Shown: piece by piece, positions 31,827 through 42,547 of the stretch | Numbering within the stretch: position 1 is the first letter of the stretch | Layout: each line of letters begins with the position of its first letter | Assembly (NCBI GenBank): GCA_965214835.1 | Contig: CBDCCK010000002.1 | Span: 2,592,001-2,656,000 of the forward strand | From: Nitrosopumilaceae archaeon | GTDB taxonomy: Archaea > Thermoproteota > Nitrososphaeria > Nitrososphaerales > Nitrosopumilaceae | Length of the DNA: 64,000 nucleotides | Direction: 5' to 3' | Notes under the pieces: generated by a model | The model's database searches: none | What the model was told of the DNA's origin: nothing | What the model saw: the letters and a program-made list of their open reading frames with translations, nothing else | Translations under genes and position numbers: made by a program

Positions 31827-33932
31827 CTAGTGCACCTGTGACTTTATGCTCCTGGCAAGCTTGGCCCCGATCCCGCCTATCCGGGCCAGCCTTGCAGTCG
31901 AGACGCCCGGTATGTCGGCGCGTGTTCTGATTCCCTGCCGGTACATCTGCCTTGCCCTTACGCGGCCAACGCCTTTTAGCGAGACAAGATCAACTAGCTC
32001 CGCCTTTACCCCGTGCCTGATCCTTTTACGCAGTATGCCCAACTCTGTTGCAAGCTCCCTTTTGCCCAAATGTCTTGAGATTTCCCCCATGCACATGATC
32101 AGCCACTCGGATGTCTCAATCATTCTGTAAAGATCCCCCGACTCTATTGCAAACCTGTCAAATATGTCCAATTCCCGCATCTCTGAGATCCAATTGTAGA
32201 GCACGAGCAGGCTGCGTGAGATCCGCTCCGTGTCATTCAGGACGGACTGTCCGAGAATATGGTAGGCATGCGCGTAATCCCCATCCCTCATGTAAAACTT
32301 GGGAAAGAACACGTCTGATCTTGTTGCCATGACAAGAAAGTCCGTCGCGTTGGATCCGGGCTCTATTGACAGCAGTCCGTCGCGGAATCCGGCTGCCGTT
32401 GCGGGATCGATGTACAGCAGCGAGATCTTTTGACCGAACGCCGTTGCCACAAACCTTCCTCTGTTGGACGTTATCATCCCGTCTTTTTCCAAAAGATTTA
32501 GCGAACCGACGACGATGCGCCGGATTCTGGCCTCTCCAAACTCGATGCCGCCAAGCGTCTTGGAAAAGAATCCAACAATGCCACTTTTGGTCATTCCGGC
32601 ATCCGATGCTGCTGCAAGGCCCAGAACATGCATGCTCATTGCGGATCCCTTGATCTTTGACTTGATCGGCTCGGGCTTGCCGCGGACATACTTGTTACGC
32701 AAGTCATTGTTGTTTTCACGGCTTACCAGTATGGCCTCACCATGATCGTCGTATTGCGGCCTGCCTGCCCGGCCGCACAACTGCTTGTACTCTGCGATAC
32801 TGATTGGCTTGTTGTATCCTGCACGGACGTCGTACCGGCTTGTACTGGTTATGATGACGCGCCTGGCGGGAATGTTGATGCCGGCAGCCAGTGTCGGAGT
32901 TGACGAGATGAGCTTTATTCTCCTTTTCCTGAACCCGTCCTCCACTGCCTCCCGGCAGTTCTGGTTCAAACCAGCATGATGAAACGCCGCGCCCTTGCCA
33001 ATCAGCCTTGCCAGCGTCTTTACCATGTGGGTTTTGTCATTGTTTTGAAGCATCGAGTCTGATATCTCCCTCAGGTGTCTCCTCTCCTCTGCTGAGATCG
33101 TTTTAGATATGGCATCGGCCACCTTCTCTGCAAATGATGCCGAGCGCGCCCTTGTCATGGCAAAGGACAGGACCTGCCCGCCCTGGGAAACCGTGTCGAT
33201 TCCAAGATCAGCTGCCGTGCCAAGGGTAGATCGTCTTATCTTGAACTTGCTGCCGTCATTCATTGTTACGGTGGTCCTGTAACAGGTACCCTCGATCAGC
33301 GGGACCGGCCTCCAGTCATCAGATACCAGTTTGGCGCCCATCCACTTTGCAATCTTGCCTGCGTTGGAGACAGTGGCGCTCAGGCCCAGCAGCTGCGGCC
33401 TTGTTTCAAGCATCCTCATCATCTTTGTAAGCACGATCTCCAGTGCTGGGCCCCTGGCGGCATCACCGACCAGGTGTATCTCGTCTGCTATGACAAGCCC
33501 TATCTGATCAATCCATTCCGGCCTGTGTCTTGTTATGGAATCGAGTCTTTCGTTGGTCATGACCAGCAGGTTTGCCCTGACCATGGCAGTGTTTGGGGCG
33601 CTATAGTCGCCAGTTGACATGACGGTGTGGATTTTCGTTTTAGAGTCTATTCTGCCCATCTTTTTGAACTCGCGATACTTTTCTGCCGCAAGCGCCCTAA
33701 GCGGACTGAGATAGATCGCCTTGCCGTGCCTATTGCTCATCAGATAGTTCAATATGACAATCTCGGCAATCAGGGTTTTGCCCCCTGCCGTGGGGGCAGA
33801 TACCATGATGTTCTTGCCCTTAAGCAGACCTGCCCTGATGCTCTTTTCCTGCGGAGGGTAAAGAGACTCGTACCCGGAGGAGTTTAGGAACTTTATGGCC
33901 TTTTTTGGCAGTTTTAGATCCGATATTTTCAT
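31827..33932 (-). CDS. hel308: Hel308/Hjm Ski2-like DNA helicase
   Basis: LYPPQ, APTAGGKT, DEIH, LSAT, FHHAGL, TPTLAAGINIPA, GRAGRP and a C-terminal HhH (GVGRVRAR). The start is reset to MKISDL. Confidence 0.92.
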   Translation of the reverse strand: MKISDLKLPKKAIKFLNSSGYESLYPPQEKSIRAGLLKGKNIMVSAPTAGGKTLIAEIVILNYLMSNRHGKAIYLSPLRALAAEKYREFKKMGRIDSKTKIHTVMSTGDYSAPNTAMVRANLLVMTNERLDSITRHRPEWIDQIGLVIADEIHLVGDAARGPALEIVLTKMMRMLETRPQLLGLSATVSNAGKIAKWMGAKLVSDDWRPVPLIEGTCYRTTVTMNDGSKFKIRRSTLGTAADLGIDTVSQGGQVLSFAMTRARSASFAEKVADAISKTISAEERRHLREISDSMLQNNDKTHMVKTLARLIGKGAAFHHAGLNQNCREAVEDGFRKRRIKLISSTPTLAAGINIPARRVIITSTSRYDVRAGYNKPISIAEYKQLCGRAGRPQYDDHGEAILVSRENNNDLRNKYVRGKPEPIKSKIKGSAMSMHVLGLAAASDAGMTKSGIVGFFSKTLGGIEFGEARIRRIVVGSLNLLEKDGMITSNRGRFVATAFGQKISLLYIDPATAAGFRDGLLSIEPGSNATDFLVMATRSDVFFPKFYMRDGDYAHAYHILGQSVLNDTERISRSLLVLYNWISEMRELDIFDRFAIESGDLYRMIETSEWLIMCMGEISRHLGKRELATELGILRKRIRHGVKAELVDLVSLKGVGRVRARQMYRQGIRTRADIPGVSTARLARIGGIGAKLARSIKSQVH

Positions 33933-34159
33933 GATCACAAGAGACGATGTGACTATAATGATGTTTACGCATCCAGCAGAGAGGCGGATGCACCCAATAT
34001 GGTGGGCATGCCTGTGTACCTTGGTGTATCTGGACCTGACGTACCGTGACACGCAGTGTCTTGCGCGCTGCGTATTTGCCAAAAAGGACGTAAAAGCCGC
34101 CTGATTCTAACCGATTACGCACAAGGTCCACTATCCGAATATACATCCTGCTAGCATGC

Positions 34160-34280
34160 CAGTCTTCCCAGAAATAACCGACTCGTGGTGGCACAGGAGG
34201 CGACATGCGGATCTGCAGGCGTCCTCATCTGAATTGTTTCGAGCCCGGGATAGTTTGATGCGGTAATTCTGGGAAGACTG
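34160..34280. mobile_element. MITE family F
   Basis: 121 bp, reverse-oriented homologue of 16997-17114. Flanks CATGC/CATGT. Confidence 0.85.
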
Positions 34281-34320
34281 CATGTGGGTTGGTTTAGCAT
34301 GCATCATGTGCCCATTTGAC

Positions 34321-34431
34321 GTAACAGCTCGAGATCTGGAAGTGGTTTACTATTTTAGGCACGAACTACACCTGCGAAGGTCTCTTTGGCGGTAAAATTC
34401 ATGCCTGAACTTCCAGAGCCCGACCTGTTAC
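34321..34431. mobile_element. MITE family B (IS66-type, TIR GTAACAG.TCG...CTGGAAG)
   Basis: 111 bp. Flanks CATTTGAC/CATTTGAT. Confidence 0.85.
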
Positions 34432-34565
34432 CATTTGATCAAAACTTCTAATTTCGAATCAACTCCCAGGGACGAGATAATGGTGTTGGAGATGAACAAA
34501 TGGCTGTCATGAATGCCACGGGTATTTTTAAAAAGACAAATAATGGATAACGTGCCAGATCTAGC

Positions 34566-35069
34566 ATGAATGAAAAATTCCAGGCGTTTTTGGACGGATG
34601 TGACATCGATGTCGTAGATAGGGGGATACTGCCCGATGCCCGGCCGCCAGGCAGCCTTTCACAGCCAGACAACATCCTCTTTCGTACCGGAAAGGAAACA
34701 GAGGTCAGGACGACGGACTGTACGATCACGTTTGGGCCACACACATGCTATGGGTACCACATGATGACGCACAACACGTACTATGTCAGCGTACACGGCA
34801 AGCCGTTTGACTTCCTGGTCGCATACGGGCTGTGTCACGCCCTCAAATGCAAGAAAAACATCACCAATGGCAAGATCATAGCATATACGAACATAGACGA
34901 ACGTGGCGGCGGCAAGTACATCAGCTTTGACGTGGTAAACAGAAGAGGACTAGACAGCTTCATGATATCCCTGCGTATGAACAGTCCGGAGGCAGTCATG
35001 GTAAGCGAGAAAAAATTCACAAAGATTGCCAAGGATTTCATCTATTCTAACATGTCCTCCCCCACATAG
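34566..35069 (+). CDS. Hypothetical protein
   Basis: 167-aa ORF with coding-like composition; no motif recognised. Confidence 0.55.
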   Translation: MNEKFQAFLDGCDIDVVDRGILPDARPPGSLSQPDNILFRTGKETEVRTTDCTITFGPHTCYGYHMMTHNTYYVSVHGKPFDFLVAYGLCHALKCKKNITNGKIIAYTNIDERGGGKYISFDVVNRRGLDSFMISLRMNSPEAVMVSEKKFTKIAKDFIYSNMSSPT

Positions 35070-35357
35070 GCCAGGTTCCGGTTTGCAGGGAACAGGCCGG
35101 GCTCGAGGTTCAGGCGTGAGTTTTGTTACTGATGTGTGTCGATCAAAATAGAATCTGTGCCTGAAATCAGAAACGGCTTCCAGAACCCGATCAGCTGCCT
35201 GCAAAGCAAACCGTAATTTTGACACATCGTGTCTGTTTCGATGAAAAAATATTCGATCTTCAGCCGTGCTCACTTGCAAATCAATGCCATCTCGAGCTGA
35301 CACGGAGAACAGAGTTTTCATACCTTCATTAGTGGCCGCCGTTCCCCGTAACTGTTC

Positions 35358-38006
35358 ATGAAATTCTGCGCCGTCTGTGACACAAAACTCTCCCAAAACT
35401 TTCACGATGCTGGCGGTCCGGGAATATGCCCCAAATGCAATCCCGAGATGATCATTCCAAAGAGGCCGGCATTGGGAACGAATCGTTCCGGAAAAACAAA
35501 ACCCTGCTCCAAGGGTTGCGGCGCTGAGATCTACTGGGATGGCTCATTCAAGTCTGACAGTGGCAAGTTCATTCCGATTGACTCGAGGACTGATGAGCCG
35601 CATCGGTGCGACGGTCCGATCGAACCAACAGTGCCCCGCCATCCTGCCGGCGAGGCAAAAAAATACCCCGAGAGAAAAGAGTCAAAGCAGGAATCAAAAA
35701 TCCCGCTGCCCGAAGAAATCTTATTTGACATCAGAAAAATCCCAAGATCCCTCATCGAAGATGATCTGATAGTTCATGAAATCATCCAAGGCCACGAAGA
35801 GAAATCCCTGGGGATAGTTCACTATGAAAACCTGACATCCCCCGAGCCTGAAAAAATTCCGGTTGAATCCCTGAACGGTGTCCTGTCTGAAAAAATCCTG
35901 AACGGGGTTAAAAAATACGGTTTTTCGGGGCTTTTGCCTTTCCAAAACGAGTCCGTTTGCTCCATTCTAAATGGAAAAAACACCATCATCTCTGCACCCA
36001 CGGGTTCAGGAAAGACCGAGGCCTTTAGCATACCAATTTTAGAGAGAATGTCACAGGAGTCTGAGCCCGGAGTGCTTGCCCTGCTTGTATACCCCCTAAA
36101 CGCACTCATTGATGACCAGGTTTCAAAAATCTCAAGCCTGATAGACAGGTGTGATCTGAAAGGCAGGATGGGCGTCTATTCCATTCATGGCGGGCAGAGT
36201 TCCCAATACAAGGACATGATAATTTCAGATGCCTCTAAAAAGTCGTTGATCATCGCGACGAATTTTGATTTTATCAACTACCACCTGATTCTGCAGGACA
36301 AAAAATGGAACAATCTGTTCAAAAATGCAAAAATTATCGTGATGGATGAGGCACATTCGTATACCAGTTTTCACGGATCAAACGTATATCACGTTCTAAA
36401 AAGGATGAGGCGCTACATGAAGGATGTTCAGTTTGTTGGCTCTTCTGCAACCCTGGACAATTCCCTGGAATTTTTCTCAGACATGTTTGATTTGCCTCAA
36501 GAGTCCTTTTCGTACATCAAAAGCAAGACCAGGCGGAAAAGAGACATGGAGATGTTCTTCATCATGCCAAGAAAGTTTGGCCAGCGAACCACCATGGAGA
36601 TGCTGGCATCCATCTGCCACAAGAACAGATCGACGCAGCTGATTTTCAGCAACTCCCACAACGATGCGGAGTTTTTAGCGTCAAACGTGGAATCTGCCAA
36701 CGACGGGATGCGCATCCAGATTCACCGCGGGGGCCTTGACCAGCGCAGCCGAAAGATGTACGAGTCCCAGATGAAGGCAGGCGAGCTAGACGCCTTGTCC
36801 TGCACCCCGACTTTGGAGCTGGGAATCGACATAGGTCGTGTGGACGTGGTGATCTCCGCGTTCAAAAACGAGTTTGACTCTTTTGTGCAGAGGATCGGCC
36901 GCGCGGGCAGAATGGGCCAAAAATCCTACGCAATCTGCGTCTTTGACCCCGATGATGCCTCCTGTCACTACTTTGCGCGCCATATTGATGACTATTTGAC
37001 CCAGAGCCACGTAATTCCAATCAACAAGAAGAACGCAATCATTGCAGACAAGCATGCCGAGTCAATCAAGGTGGAAAAGGAGTCGGCAGCAGAATATGAC
37101 AAATCCCGATTCTTTGATTTTGCAGGCAGCGTGAATCTTCGCGGCTCTTCAGGCGAGATTGAAATCTATTTTAACTCTAAAAAAATCGGCACCCGTGATG
37201 TTCCGGTAGGATACTACCAGCTGCATCAGAATGCAATTTATCATTTTGACAAGCGAAACTACGAGGTAACCTCTTTGATAAAATCACAAGGCGGTGCAAG
37301 AGCCTACCTGAAAAAATCCTACGAAGTGCAAAAAAGAACGATACCTGTTGTCAGAGCATCTATACTTCAGATATCCGGAGGAGACTCGGCTCGCAGAGAC
37401 ATCGCCAAGGAATCTGCGACTCTTTCTCTGAGGTACGGGCTTGTAGAGCTAAGCAGAACCATTACCGGCTATATGAAAGGAAACTATAACGATTCCACCG
37501 ACAGCTTCCAAACCTTTGACGGGGATGCGATTCCCTCGTGGAGAAATTTCAATTGGACATCAAGGCATTCCTCAGTAGGCATCGTCATCCCTCCCGGGTT
37601 TGTTTTGACATCTGAATCATCCTCCAAGAGTCAGATTGCGTCAGACTCTGGAATACATACCATAACGCATGTGTTGCTTAACGCCGCAAAAATCATTACA
37701 AAATCCGAATCAAACGACGTTGACTCGTTTTATGAGAATGGCGTAATCTATCTGTATGACAATTCCTCAGACGGGTTTAACGGGTGCAGCAAGATCATCT
37801 TTGAGGAATTTGAAAAGATCCTAGAGACTTGCCGTTCCCTGCTGTCTGACTGCAACTGTCCCGCGGATTCAAAGCAAAGACGGCAGGTAAAGCACGGTGA
37901 GAAGTGGGGAGGGTGTCCCAAATGCACGTTTGTCACGAGTTACTGCCAGACCAAGAACAAAGAGCTGTCAAAGCAGGATGCCTTGGACTTTTTCTCCTTG
38001 TTTTGA
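35358..38006 (+). CDS. DEAD/DEAH helicase, Hrq1/SftH/MrfA-like, with DUF1998-type Cys cluster and N-terminal Zn fingers
   Basis: APTGSGKT, YPLNALIDDQ, DEAH, SAT, TLELGIDIG, QRIGRAGR and C-terminal CNC...GCPKC. Confidence 0.9.
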   Translation: MKFCAVCDTKLSQNFHDAGGPGICPKCNPEMIIPKRPALGTNRSGKTKPCSKGCGAEIYWDGSFKSDSGKFIPIDSRTDEPHRCDGPIEPTVPRHPAGEAKKYPERKESKQESKIPLPEEILFDIRKIPRSLIEDDLIVHEIIQGHEEKSLGIVHYENLTSPEPEKIPVESLNGVLSEKILNGVKKYGFSGLLPFQNESVCSILNGKNTIISAPTGSGKTEAFSIPILERMSQESEPGVLALLVYPLNALIDDQVSKISSLIDRCDLKGRMGVYSIHGGQSSQYKDMIISDASKKSLIIATNFDFINYHLILQDKKWNNLFKNAKIIVMDEAHSYTSFHGSNVYHVLKRMRRYMKDVQFVGSSATLDNSLEFFSDMFDLPQESFSYIKSKTRRKRDMEMFFIMPRKFGQRTTMEMLASICHKNRSTQLIFSNSHNDAEFLASNVESANDGMRIQIHRGGLDQRSRKMYESQMKAGELDALSCTPTLELGIDIGRVDVVISAFKNEFDSFVQRIGRAGRMGQKSYAICVFDPDDASCHYFARHIDDYLTQSHVIPINKKNAIIADKHAESIKVEKESAAEYDKSRFFDFAGSVNLRGSSGEIEIYFNSKKIGTRDVPVGYYQLHQNAIYHFDKRNYEVTSLIKSQGGARAYLKKSYEVQKRTIPVVRASILQISGGDSARRDIAKESATLSLRYGLVELSRTITGYMKGNYNDSTDSFQTFDGDAIPSWRNFNWTSRHSSVGIVIPPGFVLTSESSSKSQIASDSGIHTITHVLLNAAKIITKSESNDVDSFYENGVIYLYDNSSDGFNGCSKIIFEEFEKILETCRSLLSDCNCPADSKQRRQVKHGEKWGGCPKCTFVTSYCQTKNKELSKQDALDFFSLF

Positions 38007-38383
38007 CAAGCCATGCAAAACCAGCAGGGAGGTGATCCGAAACCGGAAACCGCACGGGTTTTTCAGGCGATTTTGCAGACAGGTTGTGTTTTGCCGGTAG
38101 CAGGTCGGGCTCGAGGCCGTCACTGGTTTTAGGCACAAATTGTAACAGTTCGGGCTCTGGAAGTTCAGGCGTGAATCTTGCCACCTTGGAGGCCCCCTTG
38201 GGCAGCACCCCAGGCTAGCAGGAAGATCTGAAAAAATCACAACACATAAAGATCCCAGGATCTGCCTTCCAAGCATTGGTTGGGGATCCTGACATTACGG
38301 ACGTGGACTGGAGAATTCCCGACGTGATCCGCCTGTTTGAGCACATGAAGACAAGGATAGAGAGTGTTGAAAAAGACAACCAG

Positions 38384-38465
38384 TAGACCTTATGCGTAAT
38401 CGGTGTAGATCTTGGATTATTACGAACAAATCCGTCTCATTCAGGTCGATTACGCATAAAGTCTA
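38384..38465. mobile_element. MITE family C (TIR TAGACYTTATGCGTAA, matches the IS5 element at 45420)
   Basis: 82 bp. Homologues at about 49230, 53249 and 55018-55099. Confidence 0.85.
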
Positions 38466-38509
38466 GTAGCAGCAAGGCGAACACCAGCAGCAGCAGAAAG
38501 TGATCCAGC

Positions 38510-39048
38510 GTAACAGTTCGGGCTCTGGAAGTTCAGTCGTGAATTTTGCCACCTTGGAGGCCCCCCTCCCGGGCAAATTGTGCCTAAAATCAGGAACAGC
38601 TTCCAGAGCCCGAGTTGTTACCCCAATCTTGGAAGTTTCAGGAATTTCAGGAATTTCAGGCAACAGTTCGGGCTCTGGAAATTGCTCCTGATTTTAGGCA
38701 CGAATCTACACGGGAGGCCTCCCCAAGATGGCAAAATTCACGCCTGGACTTCCAGAGCTCGACCTGTTACAATTTCAGGAATTTCAGCAGTCTCCCACAC
38801 GGCCCAGCCCTGGCAATTTCAGCAATTTCAGGAATTTCAGCAGTCTCCCACACGGCCCAGCCCTGGCAATTTCAGCAATTTCAGGAATTTCAGCAGTCTC
38901 CCACACGGCCCAGCCCTGGCAATTTCAGCAATTTCAGGCGACAGGTCGGGCTCTGGAAGTCCAGGCGTGAATTTTGCCATCTTGGGGAGGCCTCCCGTGT
39001 AGATTCGTGCCTAAAATCAGGAGCAATTTCCAGAGCCCGAACTGTTAC
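38510..39048. repeat. Three family-B MITEs (38510-38621, 38660-38770, 38938-39048); the last two are inverted around a 53-bp x3 tandem repeat
   Basis: Read directly from the sequence. TSD AATTTCAG flanks 38660-38770. Confidence 0.9.
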
Positions 39049-39140
39049 GAAATCATTTGAAAAATTCATATGGTTTCTAATTTCGGATCACCCCCAAGAG
39101 GACGTGGCCCTGTACAAATCTCTCTTTAGAGGGGAGAAAG

Positions 39141-40066
39141 GTGACACAAAATATACGGTTGGGGCCACAAGAAACAAAACTACTGTTCAGTCTGGAAGCG
39201 AGGAAAATGAGTGTCTTTGCCTTTGATGACGCAAGAAATATTCTTGAAGGAACAGACTCTGCTACTTGGAATGTAATTGAAGGATTGAAAAAGAAGAAGC
39301 GATTACAAGAAATTGAAAAGGGGAAATATCTCCTTGTTCCTGCAAGAGCTGGCCCCGAGGGATATTGGTCTGAGGATCCCTGGTTAATTGTACCTAGATT
39401 AATTGATGAATATTATGTTGGGTTCTGGACTGCAATGAATTTTTGGGACATGACAGAACAGATACCCTACACGGTTTTTGTCGCTACGCCAAAACGAAAG
39501 AAAAACCGCATCGTAAAATTTGGAAATCAAAAGTTCCAGTTTGTCATCATATCAAAAAAGAAATTTTTTGGATACGTCGAATACAAGATAGGAAAAAACA
39601 ATCATTTTAACATTTCTTCAAAAGAAAAAACAATTGTTGATGGGTTAACCCATCCAGAATACTGTGGTGGGATAGTAGAAGTGACAAAAGCGATGTGGAA
39701 CATACGGAAAGAAGTCGATTGGAATGAAACTTATCAATTGACCAAAAAAATTGGAATTAATGTTGTACTACATCGGTTGGGTTATTTGCTCACTGTTCTT
39801 GATATAGAAAAAAATCTGTCTGAGAAAATAAAAAAAGAGTATGTGGTCATGCCCCCCTGCTAGCTAGGCACGAAAATCACAATCATGCATGCTAATTCGT
39901 GCCTGACTGATGGGGGTAGGTGACCTCATACAAAAAAGAGGCAACCAGATATCCCTATAGTTTTCTTGATCCAACAACTGCAAAAACAAGAACTGCGTAT
40001 TCAAAGGAATATGGGCTGATACTTAACAGAACAAAAGATGAACTGCTTGGCTGGATGGAGTATTAG
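39141..40066 (+). pseudogene. abiEi: AbiEi-family type IV TA antitoxin interrupted near its 3' end by MITE A
   Basis: wHTH + 'YYVGFWTAMNFWDMTEQIP' and 'EKTIVDGL.HPEYCGG'. The frame resumes after the MITE to TAG at 40066. Confidence 0.85.
39839..39931. mobile_element. MITE family A
   Basis: Exact 8-bp TSD AAAAAAGA. Nearly identical to 11840-11932. Confidence 0.92.
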
Positions 40067-40068
40067 AA

Positions 40069-40598
40069 TTGGATGCAGACGAAATAAAGTCGTTAGGTGG
40101 CAGGTATGGCGTATTTGCAGAAACCATTCAAAAAGATTATTCTGCAACCATCCTATTGTTTGTGATTTCAGAGTTTTCAAAAATATCTGAAATGGTGTTT
40201 AAGGGAGGCACAGCACTCAAAAAAATATATTTTCCAGATGCGGGATTTTCAGAAGATCTTGATTTTACTTGTAACAATGACATCTCAAATGAATTAGAGT
40301 CGTTTCTAAAAGAGAAAATTAAAAAACTTGACGTAAATTTTACCGGAGTCAAAAAAATGGAAACCGGCAAGCATAGTCGAAAATATTCCATAAGGTATCT
40401 GAACTATAACGGCCATCCCATGTCCGTCAGAATAGACCTTAGTTTGAGAGAAGTGATTAGGAGTGTGAAAACCCTGCCAATTCGGCATTTTTACGGCCTA
40501 GAGAGTGGTAATTTTTCCATTCCCAGTATGAGTATTAAAGAAATCATGGCTGAAAAAATACGGGCATTAGCATATGCCCAAAAACCACGTCATTTGTA
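40069..40598 (+). pseudogene. abiEii: AbiEii nucleotidyltransferase toxin, 5' part (cut by IS630)
   Basis: QKDY, FKGGTAL, FSEDLDF and AEKIRA..KPRHLY. The 3' part lies at 51054-51281 on the minus strand. Confidence 0.88.
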
Positions 40599-41704
40599 TA
40601 GCAACGAGCATAAGTCTTTGAGCCAAAACAAGGTCATTCGAAAAGTATAATGATCACGTAACTGGCGCAGTATGTATGGCAAAAGAAACAGACATCCTGT
40701 CAGAGGCCATGCGCAAAGAAAAGGATGCCAAAGTCTACAAGAAGATCATGGCGCTGATGTTTGTGCTAGAAGACGACATGGGCGTACCCGAGACTGCAAG
40801 AAAGATCCGGTGCAGTGAGAATTCCGTGCGCAACTGGCTGGCGAGGTTTTCGGAGGGCGGCATGGACTGTCTCCGGGATCTTCCCCGTTCCAGATGCAGG
40901 CCAAAGGTGGACAGGAAAAGTATTGCAGCCATAATGGATCTGTCTACTGCATGCAAAAGTACCGATGTCATGACGGTACGCGATGACATAAGGGATGCCA
41001 CCGGGATAGAATACAGCATAGAACATGTCCGAAGACTGATGCGCCAGCACGGCCTGTCGCGCCGCAAGGTGCAAAACGTACATGTCAACCATGCCACCCC
41101 GAGCTCGGTATACTCGTGGCAGCGATACCTTGAAAACGTGCGTATTCCGTGCCTGAAAAACGACGGTTTTACGCTGGTATCATCTGATGAGGCATTCTTC
41201 GTGCAGGGTGCATACGACAGATACGTGTGGGGTCCGGTCGGCACCAGAAGCGTGGCATCGTACTCTGGAGACCACACAAAGGTGGCCGTGTTTGGAAGCA
41301 TCGCAGAAGACGGCAGAAGGCTGTTCAGGACGTTTACGGGATCCTTTACGTCGGTGCAGTTCATAGAATGTCTGGAGGCGCTGCGCGCCAAGTTTGGTAA
41401 GGTTGCCGTCTTTTGCGACAGGTGGAGTGTGCACAGATCTACTGATGTCGCAGAATATCTGGCAGGTCATCCCGACATCAGGCTGATAATGATCCCGAAG
41501 GGATCGCCGTACCTCAATATCGTGGAAGAATGCTGGAACCTGGGCAAGCCTGTCGTTTTCAGGGGGATAGTGTACAGGAAAATCAGCGAGCTACGGCATG
41601 CCATATCCGAGTACTACAGGACGGTGTCGTTTGCCCACCTTTGCATGTACAAGTACATTTACAGATCGCCGGTCAAAGCCCTCAATTACTTGTGACCGTT
41701 GCTA
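40599..41704 (+). mobile_element. IS630-family element with intact transposase (40676-41695)
   Basis: TA-flanked TIR TAGCAACG. SSDEA, FCDRWSVH and SPYLNIVEECW motifs. Confidence 0.92.
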
Positions 41705-41748
41705 TAGATGTAAGCCTAAGCAGTTTACTAAGACTCTAGATTTCCTGA

Positions 41749-42105
41749 TCATATGTGAGGATGATCACGCATGTATATCCTTGCATCCATCATCGAGCGA
41801 TATACCTTATTGTTGTGTTCCAAAAACTCATTTACTATGCGGCCAATCGCACCGGCAACCGTCCTTTTATCCTCTGGCATGTTGAAAATCTCTTCCGGAT
41901 ATATCCTGTCAAAATATGTCTGTTTTCCCTCTTCACGTACAACCATAAAGAAACCGACGGGCCCAGCATCCTCATAAAACATTCTTGTTGTAACTTCGAA
42001 GAAAACCAAATCACGGTAGGCTTGCCAGTTATCTTTAGTTATCTTTGCATCCAGTTCCTTCTGCCTGTCTATTAACGTGAACCCTAAACTGGGAATGTCA
42101 TTCAA
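41749..42105 (-). CDS. Hypothetical protein between two IS630 copies
   Basis: 118-aa AT-rich ORF; no motif recognised. Confidence 0.5.
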   Translation of the reverse strand: MNDIPSLGFTLIDRQKELDAKITKDNWQAYRDLVFFEVTTRMFYEDAGPVGFFMVVREEGKQTYFDRIYPEEIFNMPEDKRTVAGAIGRIVNEFLEHNNKVYRSMMDARIYMRDHPHI

Positions 42106-42234
42106 TGTCCATGTTGAAAGACAGATAAATAAAAAGGTATGTGGTCACACCAGTCTTCCCAGAAGGTACTCATGCACCACCATTATGCAAATCCGTTCAC
42201 AGATAACCAGAATTTGCTAATTTTGAATCAACTC

Positions 42235-42352
42235 TCATGTCGTCGTTGTGGATCCTTGAGCTGTTCAGCGCTTTGCCGTCTGCATCCATCACTGCCATCT
42301 GGATTAACTCCTTGTGCACATCCGGGCCCTCGTACTACTGACATTGCTGCTT
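42235..42352 (-). pseudogene. IS110-family transposase 5' remnant
   Basis: My translation 'DVHKELIQMAVMDADGK' matches the GxDVHK first catalytic motif. Confidence 0.55.
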
Positions 42353-42547
42353 TCGTTGTTACATCTGTTTTTATCCCCCGCCCTTGCGTTCATACATGTT
42401 CCCTTTTTTTGAGACAATCTGTTTCTTTGTACTATCATGTCCTTTGGCACCATCTGAATTTTGTTGCTGAGACACGTACGGTTACAAAAGTGATGGAAAA
42501 ACTATCTGATTTTTTTGATCTGTACCGATTACGCATGAAGTCTACTA

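Noticed and set aside
33933-34082. 50-aa N-terminal extension of Hel308 in the ORF track
   Set aside because: Non-protein-like sequence. Family similarity starts at MKISDL (33932).
35358-38006. DISARM DrmB assignment for the DUF1998-type helicase
   Set aside because: No drmA, drmC or MTase neighbours. A stand-alone Hrq1/SftH-like repair helicase is the simpler reading.
38580-39226. Repetitive ORFs (140 and 203 aa)
   Set aside because: They are translations of MITEs and a 53-bp tandem repeat that cycles through frames.
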